Part shown: piece by piece, positions 46,476 through 58,698 of the stretch
Layout of the letters: every line of letters begins with the position of its first letter
Numbering within the stretch: position 1 is the stretch's first letter
NCBI GenBank assembly: GCA_964187785.1
Contig: OZ076409.1
Coordinates: forward strand, 43,092,001 to 43,156,000
Direction: 5' to 3'
DNA from: Amphiscolops sp. MND2022
Lineage: Eukaryota
DNA: 64,000 nucleotides
Notes under the pieces: generated by a model
Database searches by the model: none
What the model saw: the letters and a program-made list of their open reading frames with translations, nothing else
What the model was told of the DNA's origin: nothing
Program-made: the position numbers and the translations under genes

Positions 46476-49400
46476 AAGTTCGAAAACGTTTTATCCGCAT
46501 TTAAGTATGTGTAAAAATCTCGAGTGAGGACCTCTTTGTCACATTGAAAATTCTCCAAGAAACGTTGTGTTTACGTTAAATACGGGTTGTGTTATTACCG
46601 AATGGGACTCCTTAGCATTTATTAAAGCTTGGAAAAAATTCTCCAAGAAACCTTATATCCGGTATATGTTACAGCTTACAAGACTTAGAAAATCTGTCAC
46701 TTAGTCGGCGTTCAAAGAAGCCACTACTATAGTCATCTTCTTCTACGAAAGCGCCGACTGAAAAGAAATACAATCTGGCTAGAAAGCGTTTTCCGTCGTT
46801 GGAAACAAACAAACAAATAAGCCCCAAGTTTCGTTTCACTGAAACATTTATTACATTGGCGTGAAAAAGACAACACTTTTGAGTAACGTATTTTTAGTCG
46901 GCGCATTTTCCTTTAAGGAAAAAAGCCCGACTATTACAGTGGCTAGTTTTTTTTTCTTTTTTTTTTCGTCAGACCACAGAGCTCATCGCGTATGTACCAC
47001 TTTTTACAGAAACTGATAAGTTCACTCAGGTTAGTTCGACCAATGCAGACTTACTGCAAAGGGTCCCCCCTTTCGTTTTTTACCTTTTTTACGTAACCTA
47101 CAAAACCGGAAGACTCCAAAGGGTCCCCCCTTTCAATTTTTTTTCGGCACCGTGCGAATTTTTTTTCGAAAATTTTTATTTTTTCAAAAGAGTCCCCCCT
47201 TCGGATTTTTTGATATTTTGCAACAAAAAGTATGTTAATGAATCCCAAAGGGTCCCCCCTTTTCATTTTTCGGCACTATGCGACGTTTTCGAAGTTTTTT
47301 CAAAAAAATTTTTCAAAAAAAAATTTTCAAAAAAATTTTCAAAATTTTTTTGTTTCCAGTCGAGTCGGGAAAAGTGATTTTCCAGTCATATCGAGCATGC
47401 AAGGCACTTTGGGTGTCTCGAAAGTGTTTTCAAAGCTTTTCATGAATACATCCTGGGCATATTTAGAAAACTCTGAGCTTTTTGAGCCTTAGATATAGCG
47501 CCGACTTTAGACGTTCCCGTCTTGTTGGTTCTTGAAAATGCCAGCGCCCAAGTTTAATCATATACCTGTTCCAGATTAAGATACTGAGGTTATTAAAAGC
47601 TTAGAGCGGCTACATCGTTGACATTATAAAATTCGTCTTTGTAAATCATATTTGGCCAATCAATCCTTTTCCAAAACCAAAGATTTAGTGCAAATTTGAG
47701 GGAAGTTCAAGTAAACCATGCTTGAACGTTATGACAGTTTGCCGGGTCTAATAGAAATTCAACTTTGAACCATTGTTGTTTATATGAACAAATTTACTGC
47801 ATAGACAAGTTATTTTTCTTATATGTTCATGTATTTTCTACTGTTTATTGTCAGTTTTTTTTCGACATTTTTCTTGATTGATTAAAACAGTTGATAGTGT
47901 TCTAGTCGTCAATTAACTGTTAAGTAATAAAGTCAGAGGTCATGTGAACAGAGTCAAACAAGATATGAAGAAATCAAAGTTTGGAAAAAGTAGTTTGTGA
48001 AAGTTTGATGTTCGAGTTGTTAATGAGTCATTGTCATAGAATATTCCTTTGTCAATCTCTGTTTACCAGTTTTTGAAATTGGGCTTACTAAGATATGTTT
48101 ATTATATTTTTACCTTCATAACTCAAGAGTGTCAGCCCCATACTCTAACCAAATTTTACTATCTGAAAGTTTTTAAATTCAGAACAATGCTGATCATGAA
48201 CTTCATAGTGAAGAAATGGAAAGTTCATAAGTGTTCGAAGACAAAGAACTAGTTAAGCCCATGGAAAATGGACTCAATGATTATTCATGGTTTTCATCAA
48301 AAATCATATCCCTAAATTACAAAAATCACAACTTTTGTAAAATTCTTACAAGAGTTTTTGTAAGATCTTGTAAGAAAATGCATTTTTAGAATCTAAAGCT
48401 TGCAAAATTCTTGCAAGATTTGCATTTTTCTCCTCAGAATGGTACAAAAAATGCATAAATCTGACAATTTTTTGCATTTCCTGCCTCAAAAAATTTAACG
48501 GCAGCAAAAGAAAACGATCTATACGCCAAAAATGATACAACTGTCCATATTAGAGCATTTAGGTCTTTAACTATCGGAATGCTTAAAAAGTTCGAAAACG
48601 TTTTATCCGCATTTAAGTATGTGTAAAAATCCCGAGTGGGGACCTCTTTGTCACATTGAAAATTCTCCAAGAAACGTTATGTTTACGTTAAATACGGGTT
48701 GTGTTATTGTCGAAGGTACTCCTTAGCATTTATTAAAGCTTGGAAAAATTCTCCAAGAATCCTTATTTCCGGTATATGTTACAGCTTACAAGACTTAGAA
48801 AATCTGTCACTTAGTCGGCGTTCAAAGAAGCCACTACTATAGTCGTCTTCTTCTACGAAAGCGCCGACTGAAAAGAAATACAATCTGGCTAGAAAGCGTT
48901 TTCCGTCGTTGGAAACAAACAAACAAATAAGCCCCAAGTTTCGTTTCACTGAAACATTTATTACATTGGCGTGAAAATAACAACACTTTTGAGTAACGTA
49001 TTTTTGGTTCTTGAAAATGCCAGCGCCCAAGTTTAATCATATACCTGTTCCAGATTAAGATACTGAGGTTATTAAAAGCTTAGAGCGGCTACATCGTTGA
49101 CATTATAAAATTTGTCTTTGTAAATCATATTTGGCCAATCAATCCTTTTCCAAAACCAAAGATTTAGTGCAAATTTGAAGGAAGTTCAAGTAAACCATGC
49201 TTGAACGTTATGAAAGTTTGCCGGGTCTAATAGAAATTCAACTTTGAACCATTGTTGTTTATATGAACAAATTTACTGCTTAGGCAAGTTATTTTTCTTA
49301 TATCTTCATGTATTTTCTACTGTTTATTGTCAGTTTTTTTTCGACATTTTCTTGATTGAATAAAACGGCTGATGGTGTTCTATTCGTCAATTAACTGTTA

Positions 49401-50068
49401 AGTAATAAAGTCATATCCCATGTGAACAGAGTCAAACAAGATATGAAGAAATCAAAGTTTGGAAAAAGTAGTTTGTGAACGTTTGATGTTCGAGTTGTGA
49501 ATGAGTCATTATCATAGATTGTTTCTTTGTCAATCTCTGTTTACCAGTTTTTGGAATTGGGCTTACTAAGATATGTTTATATTATTTTTACCTTCCTAAG
49601 TCAAGAGTGCCAGCCCCATACTCTAACCAAATTTTACTATCTGAATGTTTTTAAGTTCAGAACAATGAACAATGCTGATCATGATCTTCATAGTGAAGAA
49701 ATGGAAAGTTCTTAAGTGTTCGAAGACAAAGAACTAGTTAAGACCATGGAAAATGGACTCAATGATTATTCATGGTTTTCATCAAAAGTCATATCTCTAA
49801 AATTCAAAAATTACAACTTTTGTAAAACTCTTACAAGAATGTTTGTAAGATCTTGTGAGAAAATGCATTTTTAGAATCTAACACTTGCAAAATTCTTGCA
49901 AGATTTGCATTTTTCTGCTCAGAATGTTGCAAAAAATGCATAAATCTGACAATTTTTTGCATTTCCTGCCTCAAAAAAATTGAACTGCACCAAAAGAAAA
50001 TGATCTATACGCTAAAAATGATACAACTGTCCATGTTAGAGCATCTAGGTCTTTAACTATCGGAATGC
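46476..50068. repeat. Tandem duplication of a ~1481-bp unit (A 46476-48587 including a 631-bp insertion; B 48588-50068)
   Basis: Both units begin AAGTTCGAAAACGTTTTATCCGCATTTAAG and end CTTTAACTATCGGAATGC; they are colinear apart from the insertion. Confidence 0.93.
46896..47526 (+). mobile_element. Helentron/HINE (DINE-1)-like non-autonomous element with boundaries defined by an empty site
   Basis: Present in duplicate A and absent in B (empty site GTA-TTTTT-GGTTC at 48998-49010). Begins AGTCGGCGC, has the inverted GCGCCGACT ~25 nt before its end and ends CTTGTT; inserted in a T-run. Confidence 0.75.
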
Positions 50069-50822
50069 CTTATTTGCATCATGAGCATTGTTTGATGATA
50101 TTGTTGTAAAGCTTTTGCTTACAACATTACAGCCCTGCGTTGTGTCATTGCCTCTGAGAGTGCAATGTCCTGCATTCTCAGCAGTCTCCTGACTAGTTGA
50201 AATGGGCTGGGGAAGAAATGAAACTGATGGTTAACGTTTGCTTGAATTTTCAGGGTTTTTATAGTTTTCAATATGACATTGCACAGGTGGTTTTGTAGTA
50301 ATTTTGCTGATTTTCTCCATCACAGCAGCTGTCTGCAGGTTTGCGTTAAAACTGTTAGAAAGCCCTTGAAATTTATTTTTATTTCGTACTATGTTCATTT
50401 TCCTATCATCATTAGCTGAAGAGTTCTCGGGACTTTTGTCCGGAGTTTCATAGCTATATACGTTATAGTAATTTTTGCGGTGAAATTGCATGTAAGTTCT
50501 TCTTGCTCAAAATTAACAATTTGGACCCTTTTGCTGGGATCCTGGGACAGTTTGTGCATTGTAAACGGCAACTGTGGCTGTTGTTGCTGGAAGTTTGATA
50601 ATTTTTGAAGTTTTGGTCGAAATAACACATCACATTTTTTGTAAGAATTTCTTACGAAAAAAATGCATTTTTTTCAAAAATGTTATCAGAATCTTGTAAG
50701 AAATGTTCGACATTGTAACAAATTTGGAAAATTTGCAATTCTTGTACAAACTTGTAAAATTTTTGTAAGAAATGCAAAGTTGACAAGAATTTTGCAAGAT
50801 TTGTGATTCTTGTAACTTAGGG
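49795..50822. mobile_element. CACTA/EnSpm-like non-autonomous element (left arm duplicated at 48310-48582)
   Basis: CCCTAAATTACAAAAATCAC (intact at 48310, mutated to CTCT at 49795) versus GTGATTCTTGTAACTTAGGG (ends 50822); 'AT' on both flanks; subterminal TTCTTGCAAG/TTCTTACAAG arrays. Confidence 0.65.
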
Positions 50823-51282
50823 ATGAGAAGTTGTAACTATAACCGAGGAAGAATTGCATTTTCCTTGACCGAGATATACGTTTGTAGTCGGCGCTTTTCT
50901 TAAGAAAAGAATCGACTATATTTCATGGCTTTTCGTCAGTGCTTTTTTTTCGATACATCTGAAGCGACAAAATAGTTCTACCAAAAGTTCTACAAAATTT
51001 TAAGGCACCAAATTGTACCTGTTGGCCCAGGAAACTGAACCAAAAAGGTTTTTTTTCCGCGTAACATACAATACCAGGCGAGTCTAAAGGGTCTCCCTCT
51101 CAGTTTTTTCGGCATTGTGAAACTTTTTTTCGAAAAAATTTTTTCCATAAAGGGTACCCCCCTCATTTGTTCGGAGTTTTGCGACAGAATGGATGTTGAA
51201 AAATCACAAAGTGCCAAGGAGAAAATCTAATTAGTTCTACTTAACTGTCGTGTATTTCTAGTTCAAACATTTTCTATCACAG

Positions 51283-51494
51283 GTACCAAAAAACGAGGTT
51301 GAAATGAAGGAGAAGAAAAAAGGAGAAGCCAATGACTCAAAAGAGGGCACAAACAAAAAGAGGGCAATTGAGATCATTGCGGTCAAGGGACAGCGGAAAG
51401 CAGATGCAAAAGACGAATCTTGCGTTGACAACGTTGCTGAGGTCCATCCTAATATTTCCGATGATAAATGCAATCATGCTTACTCTAGAGAGAG
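51283..51494 (+). CDS. Candidate coding exon (charged, low complexity; possibly GPCR ICL3)
   Basis: Acceptor TTTCTATCACAG|, donor AG|GTTAGT, open frame VPKNEVEMKEKKKGEANDS...YSRER; phase 0 is compatible with the 40673 donor. Confidence 0.45.
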
Positions 51495-53560
51495 GTTAGT
51501 TCGTTTGTTTACTTTCAAAAAAATTTACAATTTACTGAATTCTCAAAACCAAAGATTGGTTACCAAGATCACTGAAAAGTTTGATAAAATAAGAGTAAAA
51601 GTAGATAATTCTAATTTCAGGAGGTATTTTATAGAAACTTCTAAAAATTCACACAAATTTGCGCGGAAATTTTAAAAAGAATTTTACATCAGCAAAACTC
51701 AGAGGCAGCAAGTAGAGCAGTAAAATGAGTCGAACAATTATATAATTGACTGATAATTGACTATTTTTCATTCGTTAACGTTTATTTTACTCTGACCAAT
51801 TGCAAACTTTGGACGATGTTTCTTATTTGCCCGTTTGATCGAACACGTTGATTGAATTTATTCCTTCGGCCAAGTGGGATTAGCCCCTCTGAACATATTG
51901 TCTATGTTCGGCTTCAACGCCTTACTATTTACAAGATCTTTAATCAACCTGCATTCTGAGAACATCGAAAGTCCAGATAAAATTTTATTTCAAACCTGCC
52001 AATGATCCCAGGGAAATTTTCAGCTCGAAAAGATTGCAGCGTCTTGTATGTGTTCTAGGCTCTGCAGAAATTCACGTGTTAACTATTGAATACTTTCCAA
52101 ATCAAATTTCAGCGTTTCACCGAAAATAAAAGCGTGAAATAGCTCAATTTTTGTTAATAAGATTATGTCGACATCAAAATTCCAAAACAATGCCAAACAA
52201 TGCTGACGTAATGGTTCATGTCCCTTACTCCCCTGGCCCCGCGGCCCCTTGTGGAGGAAGAAACGTGTTCCTCGCATTCAAACAGACCTGCTGCCACTTG
52301 ATCATTGTGCGATATATTTGCTTCCACAAGGTCTCTTTCCTTGTTCCACTTCGATTAGCAGGACATCCGTAGCGGCCACAGGGCACAGAGGAGGAGGTCC
52401 ACTGGACTTAACAAAATACATAAATACCTATAGTAGAACAAATGAATTCGATCAAGAATAAATCGAATATTGAGAAAATTTAGACATCTTGTTTCCTACT
52501 TCTTTGGTTTTTTGTATATTTGAAAGAGAAAAATCTTTTTATCTTCCGATGTTTTTCCTTGATTTATTCTTCAGTCTTCAGATGTCTCTGGTGAGAGCAA
52601 AAGCAGAAAGGTGTTTTTGAACTCAAAGGGCCCCTTTTAGATTTTTTGGTAGTGTGAAATTGAGAATTCATTCAAAAGATAATCTTTGACTCTATGAAGT
52701 AGTTTTGGCGTTTTTGAGCCTTAAGCGAGGAGTCGACTTACGCAGTTCCAGGCTTGTTTACTACGATAGATAAGTACGCGAGTAGCCGGGAAAAAAGTTG
52801 GAAAATTACAGCTTCCTTCAGCGGGATGGCTGTGCAGAGTCGAATTATGTAGGGTCGAAAAATTTGCAAAATTATCTAGGATCAAGTTGTGACCCTCCAG
52901 CTAGATGTGTCAGAAAAGCCCGAATTCACAGAAGGGCATTTCATCAAAATGGTGGAAGAAGATATTATTTATGTTTATCAACGCTATATAGCAAGATACA
53001 CTTACAAAGCTGAAACTCAGCGCCACGATCCTGTTCACCGAAGTTGTCACGCAATGGCCTGCCATCCATGATTCATGCCTCGCCATGACATGGGCATTGT
53101 ATGGAAATCCATGAAAATGTCCTGCATCTGGGCTGGAGGCTCTAAAAAACTAACATCTCAAAAAATAGGAAAATTGAAAAAAATCAGCTTAAGTTTCTGC
53201 CAAGGAAAACGCTATGTTAATTTGACATTGCCATATATGGTACTGAAAAACTATACAGTGAATGCAGGGGCGTTGAATGCTGAACTTATTTTGAATTGGT
53301 GCATGGAATTGACCGAAGAGAAGGGTCATAAATAAATAAGTTTAAATGAGAGAAGGGTCACTCATAAATTTAAACAAGCCGGGACCGGCCCAATTGCCGC
53401 CATATCTAAGGCTCAAAAATAGCAAAAGGACTTCAAAGTGTCAAAGTATTCTCTTCTACAGTAGCTGAAAAACCCAAAAAGGTGAGCCGGGGTCCATTGT
53501 TGCACAACATTAAAAAATTGAAGGGAAACCTTTTAATGAAATTTTTTTCGGCACAACAGT

Positions 53561-53940
53561 AAGCCGCGGATGGTTATTGACTACTCTGAGACCATTAACA
53601 GATGCACTGAACTGAACGCGTATCCCTTTCCTGACATGGAGGAACTCCTAGCAGGCGCAGCTCAAGATCGTTTCTTTTCGAAGATCGACTTGAAATCTGC
53701 CTATCATCAGATTCCGCTTGCTGAGGAAGACCGACCATTCACCGCATTTGAAGCGAATGGTGTCCTATATCAATTCACGAGACTTGCATTCGGCATGACA
53801 AATGCGGTGTGTTTTTCAGCGCGAAAATGATGAACTCATCATTAAGGAGAATCTTTAGAAAACTAGAGCATACTTGGATGATGTTACAAAATCCGGATCG
53901 ACAAAAGAATATGATCGTAACTTGGAGGCGTTCCTACTTA
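53561..53940 (+). pseudogene. Ty3/Gypsy reverse transcriptase fragment (different family from the full-length element)
   Basis: KPRMVIDYSETIN..AYPFP..FSKIDLKSAYHQI..FTAF..YQFTRLAFGMTNA, then after a frameshift and stop, AYLDDV (~53868-53885). Confidence 0.88.
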
Positions 53941-53986
53941 TGGTTCATATGTATGGTTTCATAAAAGGGGACCCTTTTGCATTTTT

Positions 53987-54837
53987 AGTCGGCGCTTCAT
54001 GAAGTGAAACGCGACTATTATAGTGACTCTTTTTTTTCTATCCACACGAACTGACCAAAATAGTTCTACAAAAGTTCTAAAAAATATTATTGCATCAAAA
54101 TGCACTATTTGGTCTAGCGAACTGAACCAAAAAGGTTTTTCCTGTTTTTCCGCGTAACATACCATACCCGGCGAGACCAAAGGGTCCCCCCTTTCAGTTT
54201 TTTTGGCATTGTGAGACTTTTTTTCCGAAAAAAAATTTTTCCCCAAAGGGTCCCCCCTTCATTTTTTTGCTGTTTTGCGACAGAATGGATGTTGGAAAAT
54301 CCCAAAGGGTCCCCCCTTCATTTTTTTGCTGTTTTGCGACAGAATGGATGTTGGAAAATCCCAAAGGGTCCCCCCTTTCATTTTTTTCGGCACTGCGAGA
54401 CTTTTTTTTCGAAAAAAAAATTTTCCCCAAAGGATCCCCCCTGCATTTTTTTGATGTTTTGCGACAGAATGGATGTTAAAAAATCCCAAAGGGTCCCCCC
54501 TTTCAGTTTTTTTTCGGCATTGAGATTTTTTCCCGAAAATGAAAATTTTTGTTTTCTTCAATTTTTTCATGTTTTGCGATAGAATAGATGTTGAAAAACC
54601 TCAAAGGGTCCACCCTTTCAGTTTTTCGGCATTGTGAGACTTTAGCGCGCCAGGGGCTCGCGCTAGCGAGCCCCGGCGCGCCACTCGGTCCATTTGTTTG
54701 AGTATGTAATTTTTTCGAAAAATTTTTTTCAAAAAATTTCGATTTTCGAGTACTGTAAAAGTACTTGACACTTGGAAGTCTTTTTGCTATTTTTGAGCCT
54801 TGGATATGGCGCCGACTTGGGCCGGTCCCGGCTTGTT
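53987..54837 (+). mobile_element. Intact HINE-like element with an internal ~57-bp tandem repeat
   Basis: TTTTT-AGTCGGCGC ... GCGCCGACTTGGGCCGGTCCCGGCTTGTT; internal units CCCAAAGGGTCCCCCCTTCATTTTTTTGCTGTTTTGCGACAGAATGGATGTTGGAAAAT. Confidence 0.72.
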
Positions 54838-55273
54838 TAACATCCATTGTCGCAAAACATCAAACAAATGAAGGTGGACCCTTCGATGAAAACAAATTCC
54901 GAAAAAAGTCTCACAATGCCAAAAAACTGAAAGGGGGACCCTTTGGGATTTTTCAACATCCATTCTGTCGCAAAACATCAAACAATTGAAAGGGGACCTT
55001 TTGGGGAAAAACTCTTATTTCGAAAAAAAGTCTCACAATCCCAAAAAAACTGAAAGTAGGACCATTTAGTCTCCCGGCATTGTATGTTACGCGGAAAAAG
55101 AGGAAAAACCTTTTTGGTTCAGTTCGCTACGCTAAATGATTCAATTTGGGACCATAAAATTTCGTAGAACTTTCAAGAACTATTTTGGTCAGTTCGTATG
55201 GATTGAAAAAAGAGTCACAATAATAGTCGCGTTTCACTTCATGAAGCGCCGACTAAAAAAATGAATCCTAGAC

Positions 55274-55963
55274 ACTCAAACATGAATGAATATCGAAATA
55301 CCGATATGACGAAAAAAAACAGTTCAAGTGAGTTGAATAAAAAATTGCAAAAATACAAAAATTTCTCCAAAATTGATCTGAAAAGACGGGTTTTTCCGCA
55401 ATTCCATCGAAAACCTTCCCTAAAACCACCAAAAGCTCATCTAATGCTAACTAAAATCTTACCTATTCGCGGCTTCAATATACGCGGTGCCGAAAAGCGT
55501 CCTTAATGCTACCCTGGCCATTAAGATAACCCTAAGAAACAAGAGATAGAACAAGAGACAAAAACTGAAACAGTAGGAGAAAATTTACGACTTTGAACGA
55601 AATTTTCAACATGGTTCATCATGGATGAATCATGGGTCAAAATCATGGATGATGATCCATGGGTCCATGCCCTGTCATGGGTCATCCAAGATTTTCCAAG
55701 AAAGTAGAAGTAATGCGTCAAAAAATTCATGCTCATGGATGATTTTTCATGAACTCAAACATGAATGAATATCGAAATACCGATATGACGAAAAAAACAG
55801 TTCAAACGAGTTGAATAAAAAATTGCAAAAATACAAAAATTTCTCCAAAATTGATCTGAAAAGACGGGTTTTTCCGCAATTCCATCGAAAACCTTCCCTA
55901 AAACCACCAAAAGCTCATCTAATGCTAACTAAAATCTTACCTATTCGCGGCTTCAATATACGC
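55274..55963. repeat. ~211-bp near-identical direct repeats (55274-55485, 55753-55963)
   Basis: Both run ACTCAAACATGAATGAATATCG...GGCTTCAATATACGC; the spacer has a CATGG-rich array. Confidence 0.9.
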
Positions 55964-57265
55964 CGCGATGACAGACAACCTGGGCACGCAACTTCATTTT
56001 ATCGCATGAATCTCTGAAATGAGCTCTTCATCGCCAGTTTTTCAGTAAAATAACTCTAATTACCCCGTAAATAAATCTGAAATGTAGTTCGATTTTACTC
56101 ATTAGCAAGCTTACATCTAGATATATTTATTGTTTGCAAGTAACAAGATAGGTGGTTCTTTGGTTGCCATCGTACCTTGAAGGAAAAGGATGATAATTAG
56201 AAATGTGCCTGCAGTTGTTGACTGCAAACCCTACAGTGGTTGCGCTCTAGCAAATACACAAAAAAGTTCTAATTCTTGAATGTCAAATACTGAGGAAAAT
56301 TGTGATTACTAGTTTCTTCTTATCACCAAGAATTTGAGCATTTAGTTACATTACGATTTTGAATTGACTACATTTCAATTGAAAAAATATTAGGTCTCAA
56401 CTGATGCATCTAAAAAAGAATTCTAAAAATATCGCTCTATTCTGAAGCAAATCAGTCTTTTAGAGACTCAGTAACATCTCAGCATCTGTAAAATTCCATA
56501 TTAATTTAAAATAGTATATTTATCACTTCTACATTTTCATCACTTTTACGAATTCGACAACTTTTTGAATACATTGCCACAAGTAAATCTTCCATATCAA
56601 GCAGATTTCTGAATTTTTCAAAAAGTGCAAAAAGGTAAGTTCCTCTGGAAGCATGCACAATTTAAGCTCTTTTTTGAAAGTGAACAGGCCTTTTCTCTTA
56701 GCGCAAATTCTGGATTCTTTCAGTAGAACTTACTGTTTTAGCATTTTAAAAAAAGTTTTCGAGAACACTAATCAGTGACCATGTCTTTTCCAATAACTCC
56801 CCTGAAGGTAGTCCGGAAGCTATACTTCTCAGAAACTGCTGTGAGTGCTAGCTATTGAAGGAATACTAAGGGAAGGGTTCGCCGTGGGTATCCTTTTGAA
56901 GGAACCAAAGGCCAAGTGAATGCAGCTAAGCAAATTCACATATATGAACCATTTTTCGCATGTGCAATAACTAACCAAATCTATAGAATCAGATTTTTTC
57001 TCATTGCCCTCATTAATGAAAATTGTTCTTCAGAGAAGATATTCTAGAAACTAAAAAACACAATTCGGTGCTTCAGGTATAATTTATTTGTGCAATGCTG
57101 TAATTAACCCACTTTCTTCAACGAGTTATTGCAAAGTTCTCCTTAGAGGCCTGAGCAACCTTAACACGGAATGATTACCCAGTTTGTTCCCTTATTTTGA
57201 GAATCAACCATGGCCCACCACATAGGAAGGTGGCGGGTGCAAGGAATGCTTGGTGGCATGACAAT

Positions 57266-58580
57266 CGGCCGATTACCAGAAAACTCAACACAAGAAAACT
57301 CAAAACACGAAAACTCAACATACTTTAAGCTTTTGAATACATGTATAATATATAATAATCGTAAACGCTCATAATTTATGCATTTGACACAATTTTTCTA
57401 AAAATATTTGAGTTTGCATCTAAAGGTTTCCTATCGTTTTGTTTTATGGTTAGGGCCACTGTAAACAACGTTTTAACTTGAAAAACAGTTTGATATAGGA
57501 AAACAAAATTTCAAAAAAAAGTTTTCGAAAAAAAGTTGATAAACATTCTATTTTTAACCGAGAAATAACCGGGGAGAAATTCTCGCAGGTTTTGATGAAT
57601 GTTTCATTTAATTTGGTAAATCTTTTGGTTGTTTTGTTAGGCAGAAGAGCAAAAAATGCGGTGGATCAATATCTCCAAACAACTCAACTGTGAATTGTCT
57701 AGAGCTCATATGTAACAGATCGTACTGTTGCAAATGTACCGTCCAAATGAAAAATCATTCGGTGTTCGCCAGTTTCAGTCCCATAATCAAAAATCGACAT
57801 ACTTTCTAGGTGATCTCCGTACTCACAGGAAATAAAATTATCCGGGACTGTGACAGATTAGCTCGTAAAAACGGCAAATTCGCTCTTTTCTTTTTGTAAA
57901 CCGTCATTTTCAAATGATCTGGAGCTTGCATTTCAGATATTGTTTCATCTTGTAAATCCATCGAAAAATTCTCCATTCTTTGACCAGGAATTCACTTGGC
58001 ATTGATTTGTCATTTTCTTTGATTTTTGAGTAGGTTATGTGAGAGCTTGTTTCATCAGAATCGCATGAATGGTTGTGGGTGGATTCTGATTTAAGCAAAA
58101 TCTCACCTTTCGGATGAACTGTTGCAGAGCATTTCTTTTAAAGTCTTCCTTACATCGCTGAACTTGCTTCTCGGTTGAGGCTCGATGCAAATTATAAAGG
58201 TAACCAAGTCTGATATCAATTCTTTTGTTGCGATGCCTTTTAGAAAATTCGACTATATCCATTGAAAGTTAAAATGTGTTGTTAAGCGTGTATTGTGATG
58301 TGAAATAAAAAATTCTATATGTGTTTGAAATTAGTCGCAATTATAATAAACGGCCTAATATACGGCCTAATAAAAATATACGGCCGAAGATTTGTTCGAA
58401 ATGAGTCGTAATTGTTCCTAAGTGAAACAGAAAATACACGGATTTAACAAATAGTTAATTTTCGGAGAGTAAACTCAATTGAGGTTTTAACTGAAATTGA
58501 CTAATTGTGTTGAGTTTTCTGGGTTGAGTTTTGTTGTGTTTGGTTTTCATGTGTTAAGTTTTTCGTTCCCCATTTGGCCG
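57266..58580. mobile_element. TIR element with 2-bp TSD and subterminal repeats (CACTA/EnSpm-like)
   Basis: CGGCC...GGCCG termini with 'AT' on both flanks; left (GAAAACTCAAC)n at ~57280-57320 mirrored by (GTTGAGTTTT)n at ~58500-58560. Confidence 0.6.
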
Positions 58581-58643
58581 ATACGTGTTCCTGGAGTTCC
58601 GAGTTCCATTGTGATTCTTGGTTTTCCTAATACTCGAGTTGAT

Positions 58644-58698
58644 CCTCCTCCTCCTCCTCCTCCTCCTCCTCCTCCTCCTTCTCCTCCTCCTCCTCCTC
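58644..58698. repeat. (CCT)n microsatellite
   Basis: About 18 CCT units with one interruption. Confidence 0.95.

Larger units (their letters stand above)
53373..55254 (-). mobile_element. Reverse-oriented HINE-like element containing a Gypsy RT fragment and a nested forward copy
   Basis: 3' end (AACAAGCCGGGACCGGCCC) at 53373 and 5' end (GCGCCGACT-AAAAAA) at 55254. The internal unit GGGGACCCTTTTGCATTTTT|TAACATCCATT is split by the insertion at 53987-54837. Confidence 0.6.

Noticed and set aside
53982..55260. A single MITE with ~250-bp TIRs
   Set aside because: It is better explained as a forward copy nested in a reverse copy of the same family, since the internal repeat unit is restored on removal.
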